DNA from: the human T2T-CHM13v2.0 reference genome, Homo sapiens
Length of the DNA: 64,000 bases
Assembly: GCF_009914755.1 (NCBI RefSeq)
Contig: NC_060929.1
Strand: one strand, 5' to 3'
Of the stretch, positions 25,933 through 43,372 are shown piece by piece. Position 1 is the stretch's first letter. Each line of letters begins with the position of its first letter. Below the pieces are notes generated by a model that saw only the letters and a list, made by a program, of their open reading frames with translations, was not told where the DNA came from and made no database searches. A program made the position numbers and the translations under genes.

Positions 25933-27222
25933 AGTATGTGTTTTTCTTATACCTCAAATGTTGATCTGTGTTCTAGTTTCTTGACAAGCTCTCTTGTTAA
26001 CCTTCTGATTGCTCTTGAAGCTTGAAATCTACACATTATTATGTAATTTCACATCCTGTAGAACTGTTCTTTACACCAATGATGAATGGTTCAGCACTTA
26101 CATTTTAAAAGTAGGAAGTTTGCTAAACAAGCCTAGTAAAATCAGGGATTTTTCTGGGGGAGACAGGAAGGTAAGTTTATCTACAAAGGATAAACTGTTA
26201 CCTGGCAATAGCTTGGTGGGGGAATCAGGCTACAATAACAAATTGCAATGACTACATGTCCTGGCTGATACGGTAAAATGGCAAAGCAGATATCAATGCC
26301 GTCAGCACTTTCCATAAAACATAAAGTAATCACAGATTAGTCATCAATGTGCCATATGCTTTGTAGGATCTGTGGTAATTAATCGGCATGGCAGATTTAG
26401 GTAGCAGTAAAGAGTATAAGTTTTGGAGGTGGAAAGCTACGTGTTCCCATACATAATCTCGTTCATTCTCTGTGCCTTAATTTTTTCATGTGTCAAGTTC
26501 AGATGGGAACACTTCCTTGCACTAGCCCAGGAAATAGACCTGTAGACGCTTCATAAAGTCGGAATTGACTCCACTAATATAAGTTTCATTTTCCGTTTTT
26601 CCTCTGACCTGGAGAAGTGATTTCTGTGTGCTTCCATATTGGGGAAAACAGAGGGGCTGAAGTTCCACTGTCACGTGCTAATATTCCCAGGGCCAAATGA
26701 CAGGCAGGCATTTCAGGATGGTCACTAGCAGCTGATAGCAAAAAAAAAAAAAAAAAAAAAAAAAAGCTGTTTTTCACATGCAATTAATTGAGGTGTTTTT
26801 CACTGGTCAAAAGACCTCTCTTCTTGATATTGATTTTTTTTTTTTTATTTCCAAAAAGGAACCAAGAGGAAAATTGGGTTTGCAGTTCCATTTCTCAATA
26901 CTTTGAGCCAAACTATTCAGGGAGGAAAGCTTGCTTTTGTTTATGGACAATTTTATTGACTTGTTCTAATAAAAGGAATGTATAACCAGAGAATTATAGG
27001 TTGAGAGAGGTGGAGAGCATGTAAAGGGCCACCCCTGCCCTTCTATTGCTCCAGGACATATCCATGTCAACATCAGATAAATGGGAATTTGTCCTATTTT
27101 TCAACACAAATGGAAAGAAGAGATTCCACTATTTTCCGGTTTAATGTAACATGTAGTCAGTCTCAAAATAAAGGTGGGGGTTTTTACCCCCATCTTTATA
27201 TTTATATATAAATTATTCATAT

Positions 27223-27263
<41 letters not shown>

Positions 27264-28033
27264 TGTATATATGTCATAAAAATTTGTGCATATAAAATGT
27301 ATATATAGCATGTAAAACTGAGATGGAGATATATAAGGTACTTATTGTACATTACTCTCTCTTCAGTCCTTTTTCTTAAGGCTAAACCATTATTTCCTCC
27401 TCTGGGAATCTGTTTTGTTTTGTTTTCCAAATCCACGAATAATTTTTGGATCTTTCCATCAAAACTTTTCAAGTTCTTCTTGCCACCTATAAGCCGAGGA
27501 ATCCTGATTTTCTTCCATCTCTCAAAATCTAACTATAGAGATATGATCATGTTACCTGATGCTAGCGAGGCAAGCCTAACACCGTTGCTGGGATGAGCTT
27601 CGTGTTATCAGGAGGAGAGCCTGCCATCACACCATGGCATCTCAATTTTCATTTACAAATACTCTATTTGTAGCTAGCCTGATTCTTAGCTCTCTTACCT
27701 GCTATTCCACATCATTTTATTTTCATTTCTTTTGTAGTATCTAATGTATTCTACTAAAAAAAAAAAGTAGAGTAGTTGGAAAACTCTTGTGAAAAAAACA
27801 TATGTATTACATATATACCATTCTTCATGATTCTCAACATTTTCATCATTATTAATGTTTTGTATATATATATATTGTGTGTGTGTATGCGTGTTAGATA
27901 TATAATTTAAAAGAAAACAATAAGTTGGTGGCTTATGGCAAATTGTTCCTTAAGTCCTGCATTTGAAACATAGACACTGAGTGAATCAGCACATTTGATC
28001 ATCTTTTAACTACAATAGATAATTATACATTAA

Positions 28034-28392
<359 letters not shown>

Positions 28393-29849
28393 CAAATGCA
28401 TCTTTAGGAAAATTATATTTAAGCTCTTCATGGAGACATTAAAAAACCAAGCTGCATTAATGATAAATAATTATATCATTCATTAGTAAGGAGTAAATAG
28501 CTGTTTTCTATTTGAGAAGTATTAATTGGATTGTCCATCTGTATGCAGGAACATCTGTTTTCTGACATGCTTTAATCACCATTTGTTTTGTACTTGTACC
28601 ATAATTACACTTGTTTGTAATATTGAACTCGAGACAATGATTAAATCAACTTATGAATACGATTCTTTTATGCTTTTATATTTCATTAGAAAATGTGTAA
28701 TTCTGGTATGACATTTATAAGTATATATAAAAGAAAGTATTTGATTCACAAAATGCCCCAACAGATTATGTCAGTAAAATGAGTGTTATATTATGCAGTC
28801 TATGTTATTATTTTAGCATTTTTAAGGAAAGTTTATTGCTTCACGGAAGCTTTTTTTTAACTGACCATCTATGAATTTTCTGTATTCTTTATTTCAGTGT
28901 GATCACATGGTCATAGAAGAGACATTTTTAGATCATCAGAAGTTGACAGTTTTCACTGTAGTGTATGTGCTTAGTATAAGATGGAATTAAGTTTGTTGTA
29001 TGGGTGATTGATGAATTTTTACTGAATCATGGATAACTGCTGTTCTATTAATGACATTTCATCAATCAACTGTTTGGATATGGTTTATCACAAAATGTTG
29101 CTGACTTCATGTTTGTGGATTAACTGAGGTGAAAGTGATACCTGGTAGAAGTTTCATTAATACAAATTTTCCTCTCTTAGGAGTAGGATGGATTATATTA
29201 TTTGTTGAAATGCCTTTGCATGTAAGTTCTTAACTGTCAGTTTTCTTGTCCTGTGAATCATATCTTTTCTGTATTTGCTGAAATAGAGACTTAACATTGT
29301 TAAATGATTTGTCCATGTCATGGAAAATGTATGCCTCTAAATCTGCGTTCCTTCCTACAAATTACAAGTTCAAAATGACTTTTTTTAAGAAACCAAAAAA
29401 AGATGGATTTCTGGTATTTTGTGGCAGGATAAGCTCCCTGTAGCCTATCTTACATGTTGATTACAACTAAAACTATGAAAAGTACAATAAGCAACTAACT
29501 GAGGAATCTGAAAAGTAAATAAAAGTAGAATTATGAGTGATAGGCAAAATCTGGAGAAGCACCCTGCAGTAGTGTGAGCTTCCATTGTTGTATTTCTTTC
29601 AATCAAAACCAAAACAAACAAACAAAACAAACAAAAACCAGAAAAGAACACCACCAACAAGAAAACACTCAAGGAAAATAGATATTGTGATAGAAACAGC
29701 AGAAATGTTGAGAAACAAAACCAGAAGGTTAGAATTATTAGAGAAAATAATATAAAAAGAGTAATTTTAAAGTATCTAAACAAAATTTTAAAAAGGAATT
29801 TAAAAAAATAAGCAAGGAGAAGACAATAAAAATAGGTTGATAATTCATT

Positions 29850-31400
29850 TGTTAGCATTTGTCTGTTTGGTATTTGTTGACCATTTTATTTAAAAAAAAT
29901 TTGGCTCTATTTGATTTTGGTGTATTTCTTGTATATGTATTGTAAAATTTAGTATTTATTATTATTAAATATTTTATATTGTTAAATGATGATTTATTTT
30001 TATTGATAAGAAAGATGTAGTTTTCTGGTTGTTATTTTTGTAATTTTACCTGCATTTATATTTTTCTCCATTTATTTAGATAATACCTAATGGTTCCCCA
30101 CAATGAGTGGCAATTAAATTAGACTCTATGCTATTTTCACTTTCTCAACTTCTCCTGAACTATTTGATTTTTGTGGCAGGATATTTCTTAATATTTGCCT
30201 TTTTGCCACTTAATGTTTTCATACTATTATGGGCAAATTTTGAGATTTAAAATGAACCCACTACTCTCAGCTATTATAGATGAGGCAATCAGGGAGCTAA
30301 TTCCTACTTTCCCCTTTCTTTTACTCTCTCCTCCTAGTTGTTACAGTTGAATCATTTGTACATTATCAGAATCATCAGTAAAATATCTTTTTACATTTTC
30401 TACACCATGTATCCCTTCAATCTATATATGACGCATTGAATGCTTACCTCTTGCCTTACTGGTAGTATTTTACCTACTCAAAACACAGAACTTTGTCCTG
30501 TGGTAAATCTCTTAATAAGTGTTAATAAGGGAATATGTAAACAGTGTTCCCTGCAATTATGGGTGCTTATAACTGTACACTTTATAGCTGATAGATATCT
30601 TGCAAGGATAAGGATAACCATTTGCTTCTCCCTTCTCTTCTTTCTCAATATTTCCCCCCATTTTCTGGTGTTAACTTTTGCTGTGGGAAACTCTGATGCC
30701 AAAATGATTTTCTTTTTCTCTAAGTTCACTATTTTTGCTTAAGCCCCCAAATAATGCTTTCTTAATCTTTAAAGTCCTAGTCCCATACACAGATATATCT
30801 TGGCATTGAACATTCTAATAACATATATAAGCATATACTACACAGTAATGTAAATAAATGGGCTTATGATGATCTATCTTGGCTTAATATAGGCAATAAC
30901 TTTTTTCTAATTCTATGTTTTACAGTTTTTGGATTTTTGGACGGGGAGAGGACTTACTACATATTCTTCTCTCACTTACACCCTTTACAACCCTTACATT
31001 ATTTGGGGTTCAGTCTCCCTTGTTCTCTTTACAATTTAGTTTTTTTTTTTCTACAATGATTTTGTTTTTAAATCCTATTTCTTTCATGGATTCTGCCAGT
31101 TTCTATTGCACTTTCTGGCTATCTCTTCCCCATGCTCTTGCATTTCACTTCATGGTCTCTTTATGTTTTATTACACCCTTAAAATTTATGTTGGAATGTT
31201 AAGTGTTCATTCCTTTTTTCATCTGTTTTGTAGCAACATGTTTCTAGTGATTACAAGAGTTGATATATTCCTTTTTTATCTTTATTCTTAGAGTATTTTT
31301 ATGTGAATGCTGAGAAAATTCCTTTAGTATTTCTCATATGTGAAAGTTGAATTTCCTACAGGACAAAGGAAAGGGGTTGTAGAATGTGCCCCAGCCTGCT
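29850..31400 (-). mobile_element. Ancient L1 remnant
   Basis: T-rich on +, with L1-like motifs such as gctgtgggaaactctgatgcc. Heavily diverged. Confidence 0.5.
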
Positions 31401-32533
31401 AGCTCAAGGGCCCTCTCATCATTTGCTACAGTGACAGACTGTTGCCTCATTTTGGGGACATTATGGAGTCACCGCTCGCTCTCCATAAGAGCATAAATGA
31501 TTACCAGGTAGTTGTTACTGTCTTCTCTCCTTGATACTCATACATAACTCATAGCACATATGGAAGCAACCTTCTAAATACCCATGTTTTATCTTTAAAA
31601 TGTTCTTTGTGTGTAGCTGCCCATTTGTTTTGTGCTGACTGCCCCTATTACCTTCAGTTGTAACAACCCATTTAAGGTAGAAACGAGGGACACTCATCTC
31701 CATGTGTTTTCAGAACTTAAATGAAAAAATAAAAAGAGGCTGATGTCACTTCCCAGTTTAACATAGGGGTTTTATTTATTTATGCACACTCAATCAAACT
31801 ATGACTATTACAAATGGTTTTACCGCTACAATAGTTAATTCATAGCTCAATAAAAATGAAGAGTGAAAGATTAAAAAAGGAAAGCAACAATTCTAAACTA
31901 TAAAATCTACTTCAAAAAGCTACATACAGCAAAGCTCAATAAATAAATTGTGAAAAAAAGAAAATAATATGGGATAAGTTTTATGGTTTAGGAGATACCT
32001 TCCTATAAGCCAAAAACCTAAAAAAAAAATGCTAAAGGTATAGCTTGCTATAGTACATGGTAGGAGAAATTAACATGTATAAAATCAATAACACTCACAT
32101 TATGTGATAGTCTACAGCCAAAGAATAATAGAAAGCAAGTGAAATGCTTAGCATAGCTATTTAGTCTACTAAATTAGGTTTGTGAAAATGAGAATGCCAA
32201 ATGCCTTAAGGCTTACGGCAGGTGCAAAAGCAAAACATCAGAGGTCAACCTAAGTATATTTTTAATATAAAATTAATGTACCTGCATTGTAAGCATTATT
32301 TTTTTTGTATGGTAGAAAGGAAAAAATTCTTATATTATTCTACTATAAATGTGTATTCTTTGCTCTACTAAATTTGCATGTCATTGTCAGCCTTTCACTT
32401 TGTCTTCAGCTAACAAGAACCTCTTGGGTTCATCCTTTGGAGAACCTGATATCATGGAAAATGGACTGAACTAGGAGAAGAGCCTAGACCACATGCTGAG
32501 GTCTAGTGGCTTCAATTAAAAAAATATAAATGT

Positions 32534-32826
32534 GGCCGGGCACAGTGGCTCACGCCTGTAACTCCAGCACTTTGGGATTCTGAGGCAGGCAGATCACGAG
32601 GTCAGGAGTTCAAGACCAGCCTGACCAACAAGATGAAATCCCATCTCTACTAAAAATACAAAAATCAGCTAGGCATGGTGGCACGTGCCTGTAATCCCAG
32701 CTACTCAGGAGGCTGACGCAGGAGAATCGCTTGAATCCCGGAGGCGGAAGCTGTAGTGAGCCAAGATCATGCCATTGCACTCTAGTCTGGGACGACAGAG
32801 CGAGACTCCGTCTCAAAAAAAAAAAA
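32534..32826 (+). mobile_element. Alu (S-type)
   Basis: Alu consensus match. Confidence 0.95.
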
Positions 32827-33499
32827 TTATGTGTATATATATATATATGCTTAATCTCTAAGCTTTGGAAGGAACAGCCTATCTACAGAAAAATTTAAAA
32901 CTTGGTCATGGCAGGTACAGAGTTGGGCCCCACTGATTTTGTTGACGTTGGGGTCAGCAGATTCTGTAAATTTTCACTATACCTCTCATATGATCTGCCG
33001 CCACACCATTCATACTCTTAACTTTATTTCTCCTCATACCAGTAAATTACTAAAACTGCCAAGTTTTTTTTTTTTTTCACAAATTAATATCTTTAGCATT
33101 CTCTTCCTTCAGCCTGCAATGAAATTCTCTACTCCCCTCCCTCCTCCTTCCTCCTTGACTTCCGCTAATGCACATTTGTGTTTTGGTTTCCATACCAAAT
33201 GAGCTACCTTCAATAAGCATCCCACAACTCCACAGGGAACTTTTGTTTCTCTACCTTCTGTGCTGTCGAAGCACTTGGCTCAGAATGAGAGATCTGTCTG
33301 CATTTCAGATCTACAAATTACTCATTGTGTGACCTTGGACATATCCCTAATATTTTTGAGCCTCAGTTTCTCAAAAATTAGAATAAAGATACCAAACTCC
33401 TGGGGTTTTGTGAGAGTAAAATGAGACGATGTGTGTAAGAGACTCAGTGCAGTGTCAGTATCTACCATGTGCTATGCACTCTGCGTTTTGCGTTTTCTG

Positions 33500-33769
33500 T
33501 TTTTCTTTTTTTTTTTTCTTTTGAGACAGAGTCTCGCTCTGTCACCCAGGCTGGAGTGCAGTGCGTGATCTCGGCTCATTGCAACCTCTGCCTCCTGGGT
33601 TCAAGAGATTCTCCTGCCTCAGCCTGCGAGTAGCTGGGACTACAGGCCCATGCCACCATGTCTGCCACCATATTGGTCAGGCTGGTCTTGAACTCCTGAC
33701 CTCGGTGATCCACTCACCTTGGCATCCGAAAGTGCTGGGATTACAGGTGTGAGCCACCATGCCCGGGCC
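33500..33769 (-). mobile_element. Alu lacking the central A-rich linker
   Basis: Right arm is joined to the left arm at ccatgccaccatgtctgccaccatattgg. Confidence 0.9.
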
Positions 33770-33865
33770 AACCCATAGCCTTTTGGTCTTCTCTCAGCCA
33801 AGGCATCCAGTGAAAATGCAATTTATTTTTCAGATTCCTCTGGAGAATTAAAAAGTCTCTTTTGC

Positions 33866-34165
<300 letters not shown>

Positions 34166-34554
34166 GTCTCTTTTGCATCAAATTGCCATACTCTCTGCTC
34201 TTGGTCCTCTTTTCCATGTACTCATTCTTCAAGCATTTATTTTCTCATTGCCTGATCAAGATCATTGCAATGACCAAAAAATTTTCGAATGCTATGATTT
34301 TTGTGATATTCTTTTAGCAAGTTAATCACGATGTTGCATTCTTGAGTGTGCAAGTGTGGAGGTAAGTCAGGATGCATCTTCAAAACAAAAAGATGGGTCA
34401 CGGCAGTGCCACACCACTCACGGCCACACCAGGAGAGCTGAAGGGGCAGTCACCAACGAAGATGCCTGACCCAGAAGCTGGCTGCCAGGGAGCCAAGAGC
34501 CAGGTCACTCCACAGGTGGCCAATGCCCGGGGGTGGCCCTCCACCACCCAAGCA

Positions 34555-34806
34555 GCTTCTTCTTTTCTTCTTCTTCTCCTTCTCCTTCTTCTTCCTTCTT
34601 CTTCTTCTTTCTTCTTCTTCTTCTTCTTCCTCTTCCTCCTCCTCCTCCTCTTATTCTTCCTCTTCTTCTTCTCCTCCTCCTCCTCTTCCTCTTCTTCTTC
34701 TTCTTCTTCTTCTTTCTCCCTCTCCCTCTCCCTCTCCCTCTGCCTCTGCCTCTGCCTCTCCGTCTCCCTCTCCCTCTCCGTCTCCCTCTCCCTCTCCCTC
34801 TCCTCC
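34555..34806. repeat. ~250-bp polypyrimidine/polypurine compound repeat (TTC/TCC)n-(CTCTCC)n at an Alu tail
   Basis: Read directly. Abuts the poly-T end of the minus-strand Alu at 34807. Confidence 0.95.
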
Positions 34807-35092
<286 letters not shown>

Positions 35093-35127
35093 AAGTTCTA
35101 CTTTTCTAATATTTAAAATATGAAATA

Positions 35128-35411
35128 GGCCGGGCACGGTGGCTCACAGCTGTAATCCCAGAACTTTAGGAGGCTGAGGCGGGCAGATCACCAGAGGTCA
35201 GGAGTTCGTGACCAGCCTGGCCAACACGATGAAACCCCGTCACTACTGAAAATACAAAAATTAGCCGGGTGTGGTGACAGATGCCTGTAATCCCAGCTAC
35301 TCGGAAGGCTGAGGCACCTAAACCCGGGAGGTGGAGGTTGTAGTGAGCCGATACCATGCCACTGCACTCCAGTCTCGGCGACGCAATGAGACTCTGTCTC
35401 AAAAAAAAAAA
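35128..35411 (+). mobile_element. Alu (S-type)
   Basis: Alu consensus match. Confidence 0.95.
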
Positions 35412-35499
35412 TAGATGGTGTCAGTGATTTCTATTACATGAGGTCTGAAAGCACTCTGTACCTGATTGCTCCACGTTTAGTGGTGCTAAGTTCAAATAA

Positions 35500-35950
35500 T
35501 TCACGTGGTGAGAAACTGACTTCCGTAGGAGTGCGGCTGTGCGTGCGTGCCGCGGAAATCCCGCCTTCCGGCGCCTGCGGTTGCCCCCTGGCCTCAGCCG
35601 GTGGGCTCCAAGTAGGAAGATAAACCGCATTGCAGGAAGCGGGAGAGTCCGGAGGAGCGGCGAAGCGCTCCTCTTCCCCATTGGCTGCGCCCAGGGAGCC
35701 GCCTTGCGATTGGCCATAAGCGCCGGTGGCGGGGGTCGCGAGAGGCGTCAGGATCCCTGGCGCCGCCTGAGCCAGCGGCTGCTAGGAGGCTGTGTCCGCA
35801 AGCCAGCGGGGCGAGGCACCTGGGGCCTGCGCGTCAGGTCCCGGCCTGGGGCACCGGGGCTGCCAGCGTCGGAGGAGGTGCGGGCGCGGGGTTGGCGGGC
35901 GGCCTAACGGGGGCCTGCGCGGACCGCCCGTGGCGCAGCCTCGGGTCTCT
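35500..35950 (+). promoter_or_regulatory. CpG-island promoter and non-coding first-exon region of the HERC2-derived fragment
   Basis: High GC with dense CpG. E-box CACGTG at 35502. Inverted CCAAT boxes at 35680 and 35709. ETS-like CGGAA/TTCCG motifs. About 750 bp upstream of the HERC2 ATG exon. Confidence 0.85.
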
Positions 35951-36090
35951 CTCCATCTCTAAGTGGTGGTGGCTGTGGGTTTTTCTGCAGGTGATCCTTT
36001 TGAGTAATTTGTTTCACGCAGGCGCCCTGCTGTAGGGTAAAGCGGCAGATTCATGCTGCTGTCATTTGTCGTTAAAACTGTGGGCTTCTT

Positions 36091-36557
<467 letters not shown>

Positions 36558-37677
36558 TCACTCCCGTCCCCCCAGCTCTTCTCTCCCATCTTTTTGTTCT
36601 CTGTCTCCCTTTTTTTTCTGCATTAAACCTTTCGGGAGTGTCTTTGTAAAATATTAAAAAGCGTTAGGTCTTCAACATGTATGTTTACTTGCAGGCCTGA
36701 GACCTGGGAGGAAGCTGGAGAAAAGATGCCCTCTGAATCTTTGTGTTTGGCTGCCCAGGCTCGCCTTGACACCGAATGGTTGAAAACAGATATACAGGTG
36801 GGGTTTGACATGTCTTTTTCTTGGTGTATTTCTGCTTCCATGTTTAAATTTCTCGTGTAAGGCTTTTTTTTAGGGTGTGTAAGGGGAAGTCAGTTGTATC
36901 TTGCTATATTAGAGGAGCAGGTTTGTTTCCTGTAACTTAAAATGTAACAGTCTTTATGGCTGTTTTTGTAGATCGTGCAGGGCTGCCTTTTAATTAGTTT
37001 CTTGCAAGTGCAGGAAACAAGATTTATTAATAGGCAAAATTTTTTTCTTAATTATTATTACTGGTTGAGAAATCTGCTGCACTCCTAACCATATCATGGT
37101 GACTGTTGTTTGTTACTGATAGTTTTTGAGCTGTTGAGTTAACTGTGGAGGGGAAAATTGGAGAAGTAAGTTGCAGTAATTATGGCCGCTAGAAACTCAC
37201 TCCTTTTATGAGGTCTTGTGTTTGTGTTTCTGGAGAGAAAAGAGTTCAGTTGAGCTGTTTGTTTTGTATTTGTAACCAATACAAGGACTAAGGACAATTG
37301 TGTTGAAACTGAGGTCATAATGTTGGGATCTTAAGGGCTGAAGGTTCCAAATAAATGGTATGTATAGAATTCTCTCTGACTTGAAATTTTCCCTTTCTGG
37401 ACCTCCGGATGCTGAGGCTAGGAGTGTCCATATGACAGTGCCTTCCATGACAGGAGTCAGCAACTTTTTTTATTTTTTTTTTTACACGTATCAGTAATTC
37501 ATTCTGTATATTTTGAAAAGTTTTAACCTCTTCTTCCTAGCCCTCCAGTATTTGTTAATAAATTAAAACGTTTCCCAAAGTGTTTTTTGTGAAACAATAA
37601 TTCTAAAAGATGCTCTAAGAAAAGCTAAGTACATGGAAAAATCCAAAGTGTATATTTTATTTATTACATTTCATGAA

Positions 37678-37981
37678 TTTTTGTTTTTGTTTTTTCCTCT
37701 TGAGAGGGACTCTTGCTCTGTCTCTCAGGCTGGAGTGCAGTGGCATGATCTTGGCTCACTGCAACCTCCGCCTCCTGGGTTCAAGCAGTTCTCTGCCTTA
37801 GCCTCCAGAGTAGCTAGGTTTACAGGTGCCCTCCACCATGGCCAGCTAATTTTTGTATTTTTAGTAGACACAGAGTTTCACCATATTGGCCAGGCTAGTC
37901 TTGAACTCCTGACCTCATGATCCACCCTCCTTGGCCTCCCAAAGTGCTGGGATTACAGGTGTGAACCACTGTGCCTGGACC
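37678..37981 (-). mobile_element. Alu
   Basis: Alu consensus match. Confidence 0.95.
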
Positions 37982-38106
37982 ACATTTGATGACTTTTTTT
38001 GTCCTTTGTTCTTTTAAAAATCATGGTTAGAAAGCAGAGCCTAATTGTTCTTTATGTAGAACCCAACTGATTGGGGTTTTTAGGAAGACGTTTTGACATT
38101 CAGTAA

Positions 38107-38801
<695 letters not shown>

Positions 38802-39166
38802 TAAGCAATGTGTTTGGGTAGTATGTGTTCGATCTTCTCTATGTATACTTTGAACCCTACAGTAGTGAAAGGAAGAGTAGACAACTTTGAAGTTGATGTG
38901 GTGTGGTCTTTGAGCTGGTGGTGCTAATTACTCTTGGTTGTTTTCGTGGCCTCCAGTGACTTCATCCTGCTTTTGCTATTGTAAAGTGTTGTAATTTATG
39001 CTCCTGAGAATAACTCTTGAGGTGTACTTAGGGTTCTTGTCTGCTTCCTGGTGACTGTCGAAGCTTTTCATCTTGAAGAAGGGAGATGAGCAGTGTTCCA
39101 GTGTACTGAGTTTAAAATTAAGAATGTTGCATTTTTTTAATGTGTAAAATTTATAGCCAGCTGTAG

Positions 39167-39792
<626 letters not shown>

Positions 39793-40018
39793 AAACACAC
39801 ACACACATACACACACATAGGGCAGAGTCTGGCCTTTAGAGCCAGCACCTGTGTTCTCACCTGAGCTGTGTTCCTGGCTGGGTTCTGCTGTGTATTCTGT
39901 GACCCAAGATGTCTATCTACCTTGGTAAACTGGAGACAACAAAGCCTGCCTCCTTCAAGGTTGTTTGTAAAGATTTAAAAGGGTAATATATTGTTGTTAG
40001 GCCAGATGCTTTACATAG

Positions 40019-40358
<340 letters not shown>

Positions 40359-40659
40359 TAGCTGCTTTTTTCCCCCATTCATTTCCTACCTTTCTGTGTA
40401 TGATTTCTGAATTAAATGTATTTCATGTCTTAACCTTCTGAATTGTTTGTCCTCTCATTTTCCATGTTGTTAAGGAAAATAAGAGGCTAAGTGAGACGTA
40501 TTAAATTTGCATGTAGTTTCTCAGATCAGGATAAATGCTCACCTGTTGCAGAACGGGACTCTGCTCTTGCTTCACCCAGGATGCCTTTCCTAGTTCCTTC
40601 CTAGAGTGGGGCCGCACCCTACTCCAGCCCTCCAGACCCAGCTCCCTGCTCTGACATGA

Positions 40660-41022
<363 letters not shown>

Positions 41023-41039
41023 CCCAGCCAACATATTTT

Positions 41040-41810
41040 TATTAAAAAACTTATATGAAATTTATTTTATTGTGGTATGTAGTTCAGTAAATTTTGACCT
41101 CTATAGATTCATGTAACCCCCATCATCATCAGGATGGAGAATTTTCTTCACCCCAAAAGCTCCCTTGTGCTGCTCCTTTTTATCACGTGTTCCCTGGTCT
41201 CATACCCTGGCAACCACGGATCTGTTCTCCATCAGTATAGGGTATTCTTTTTGAGAATGTCATGTAAGTGGAACCATATTTTAAGTAACGTTTTGAAACC
41301 ATCTTCATTTACTCCCAGTTATATGTTTGAGATTTATCTGCTGTTCTGTGTATTAATAGTTGTTTTTATTGCTGATTAGTATTTCATCATTTGGATGTAC
41401 CACATGGTGTTTATCCATTCTACCATTGTAGGACCCTGTGGTTGTTTCCATTTTTCTTTCCCAATTGTAATCCTGCTGTGAGCATTTCTATACAGATTTT
41501 ATGTGAATATCGTTTCCATTTCCCTAGGATAAAGACCTAGTAGTGTGAAAGTTGGGTCATGTGCTGAACTGTTTTCCGAAGTGGCTGTTTTAGTTTGCAT
41601 TCCCACTGGCAATCTGTCACGTTTCTGTTGCTCTGTGCCTTTGTTAGCACTTGGTGTTATCAGTGTTTTTTAGTTGAGCCATTCTAACAAGTCTAGTGGG
41701 ATCTCATTGTGGTTTTAATTTGCACTTCCGTAATGGCTAAGAATGCTGAATATCATGTTCTTCTTTGCCACTCTTGTATCCTCTGTGAAGTTTCTGTTCT
41801 GATCTTTTGC
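41040..41810 (-). mobile_element. L1M 3'-end remnant
   Basis: ttgcattcccactggcaat, atctcattgtggttttaatttgca motifs. Confidence 0.8.
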
Positions 41811-42359
41811 ACAGAAAAAGCTGTATCATGGAACCAGTAAAATAACCAAGGAGAGGTTGATTAAAGTTCTGTTTATAACCCTAGAAGATTCCTGCCCTAG
41901 GAATATGGGATGGCTGAACGTAGGACACCGACACTGGGCAGATGAAATAGCAGTTTATTAGTCACACATGCTCACAGCCCTGGGGTGGGGGACACCGCAT
42001 GCCATTCAGTTAATGATGTGTGTTGTAACTTTTCGGGGAGGGACATTTGCAGAGACTAATGGTGTGACATTCTGAAAAGTGGTGACAGATTAAAAAATTT
42101 TTTAATTCTGCAGATGATAGTGTCGAACCAAGTGAAACAAAGAAAGAAGATCTGAATGACAAAGAGAAAAAAGATGAAGACGAAACTCCTGCACCTGTAT
42201 ATAGGGCCAAGTCAATTCTGGAGACCTGGGCGTGGGGCAAGCAACCAGGTAATCTTCTGAGTTTTGGCACTTTGGAAAGCTTGATCTGACGCTCCTTTTC
42301 TAAATAACTTGGATGGATTATTCGTATTTTTTGGTAACAATTTTAAAAAATGTAATTAA

Positions 42360-43195
<836 letters not shown>

Positions 43196-43227
43196 AATAA
43201 GGTGGTAGTTAGATTTATGTTTAACTT

Positions 43228-43372
43228 ATTATTGTTGTTTTTGAGATTGGGTCTCACTCTGTCACTCAGGCTGGAATGCGTTGATGTAATCATAGCTCAC
43301 TGCAGCCTTGAACTCCTGGGCTCAAGTGACCTTCTTGCCTCAGCCTCTCAAGTAGCTAGGACTAGAGGCGCA
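43228..43372 (-). mobile_element. Partial old Alu (monomer)
   Basis: catagctcactgcagccttgaactcctgggctcaag, a J/FLAM-like motif. Confidence 0.8.

Noticed and set aside
29445-29858. 137-aa hydrophobic Phe/Leu-rich ORF resembling a membrane protein
   Set aside because: Antisense reading of A-rich, L1-like low-complexity DNA.
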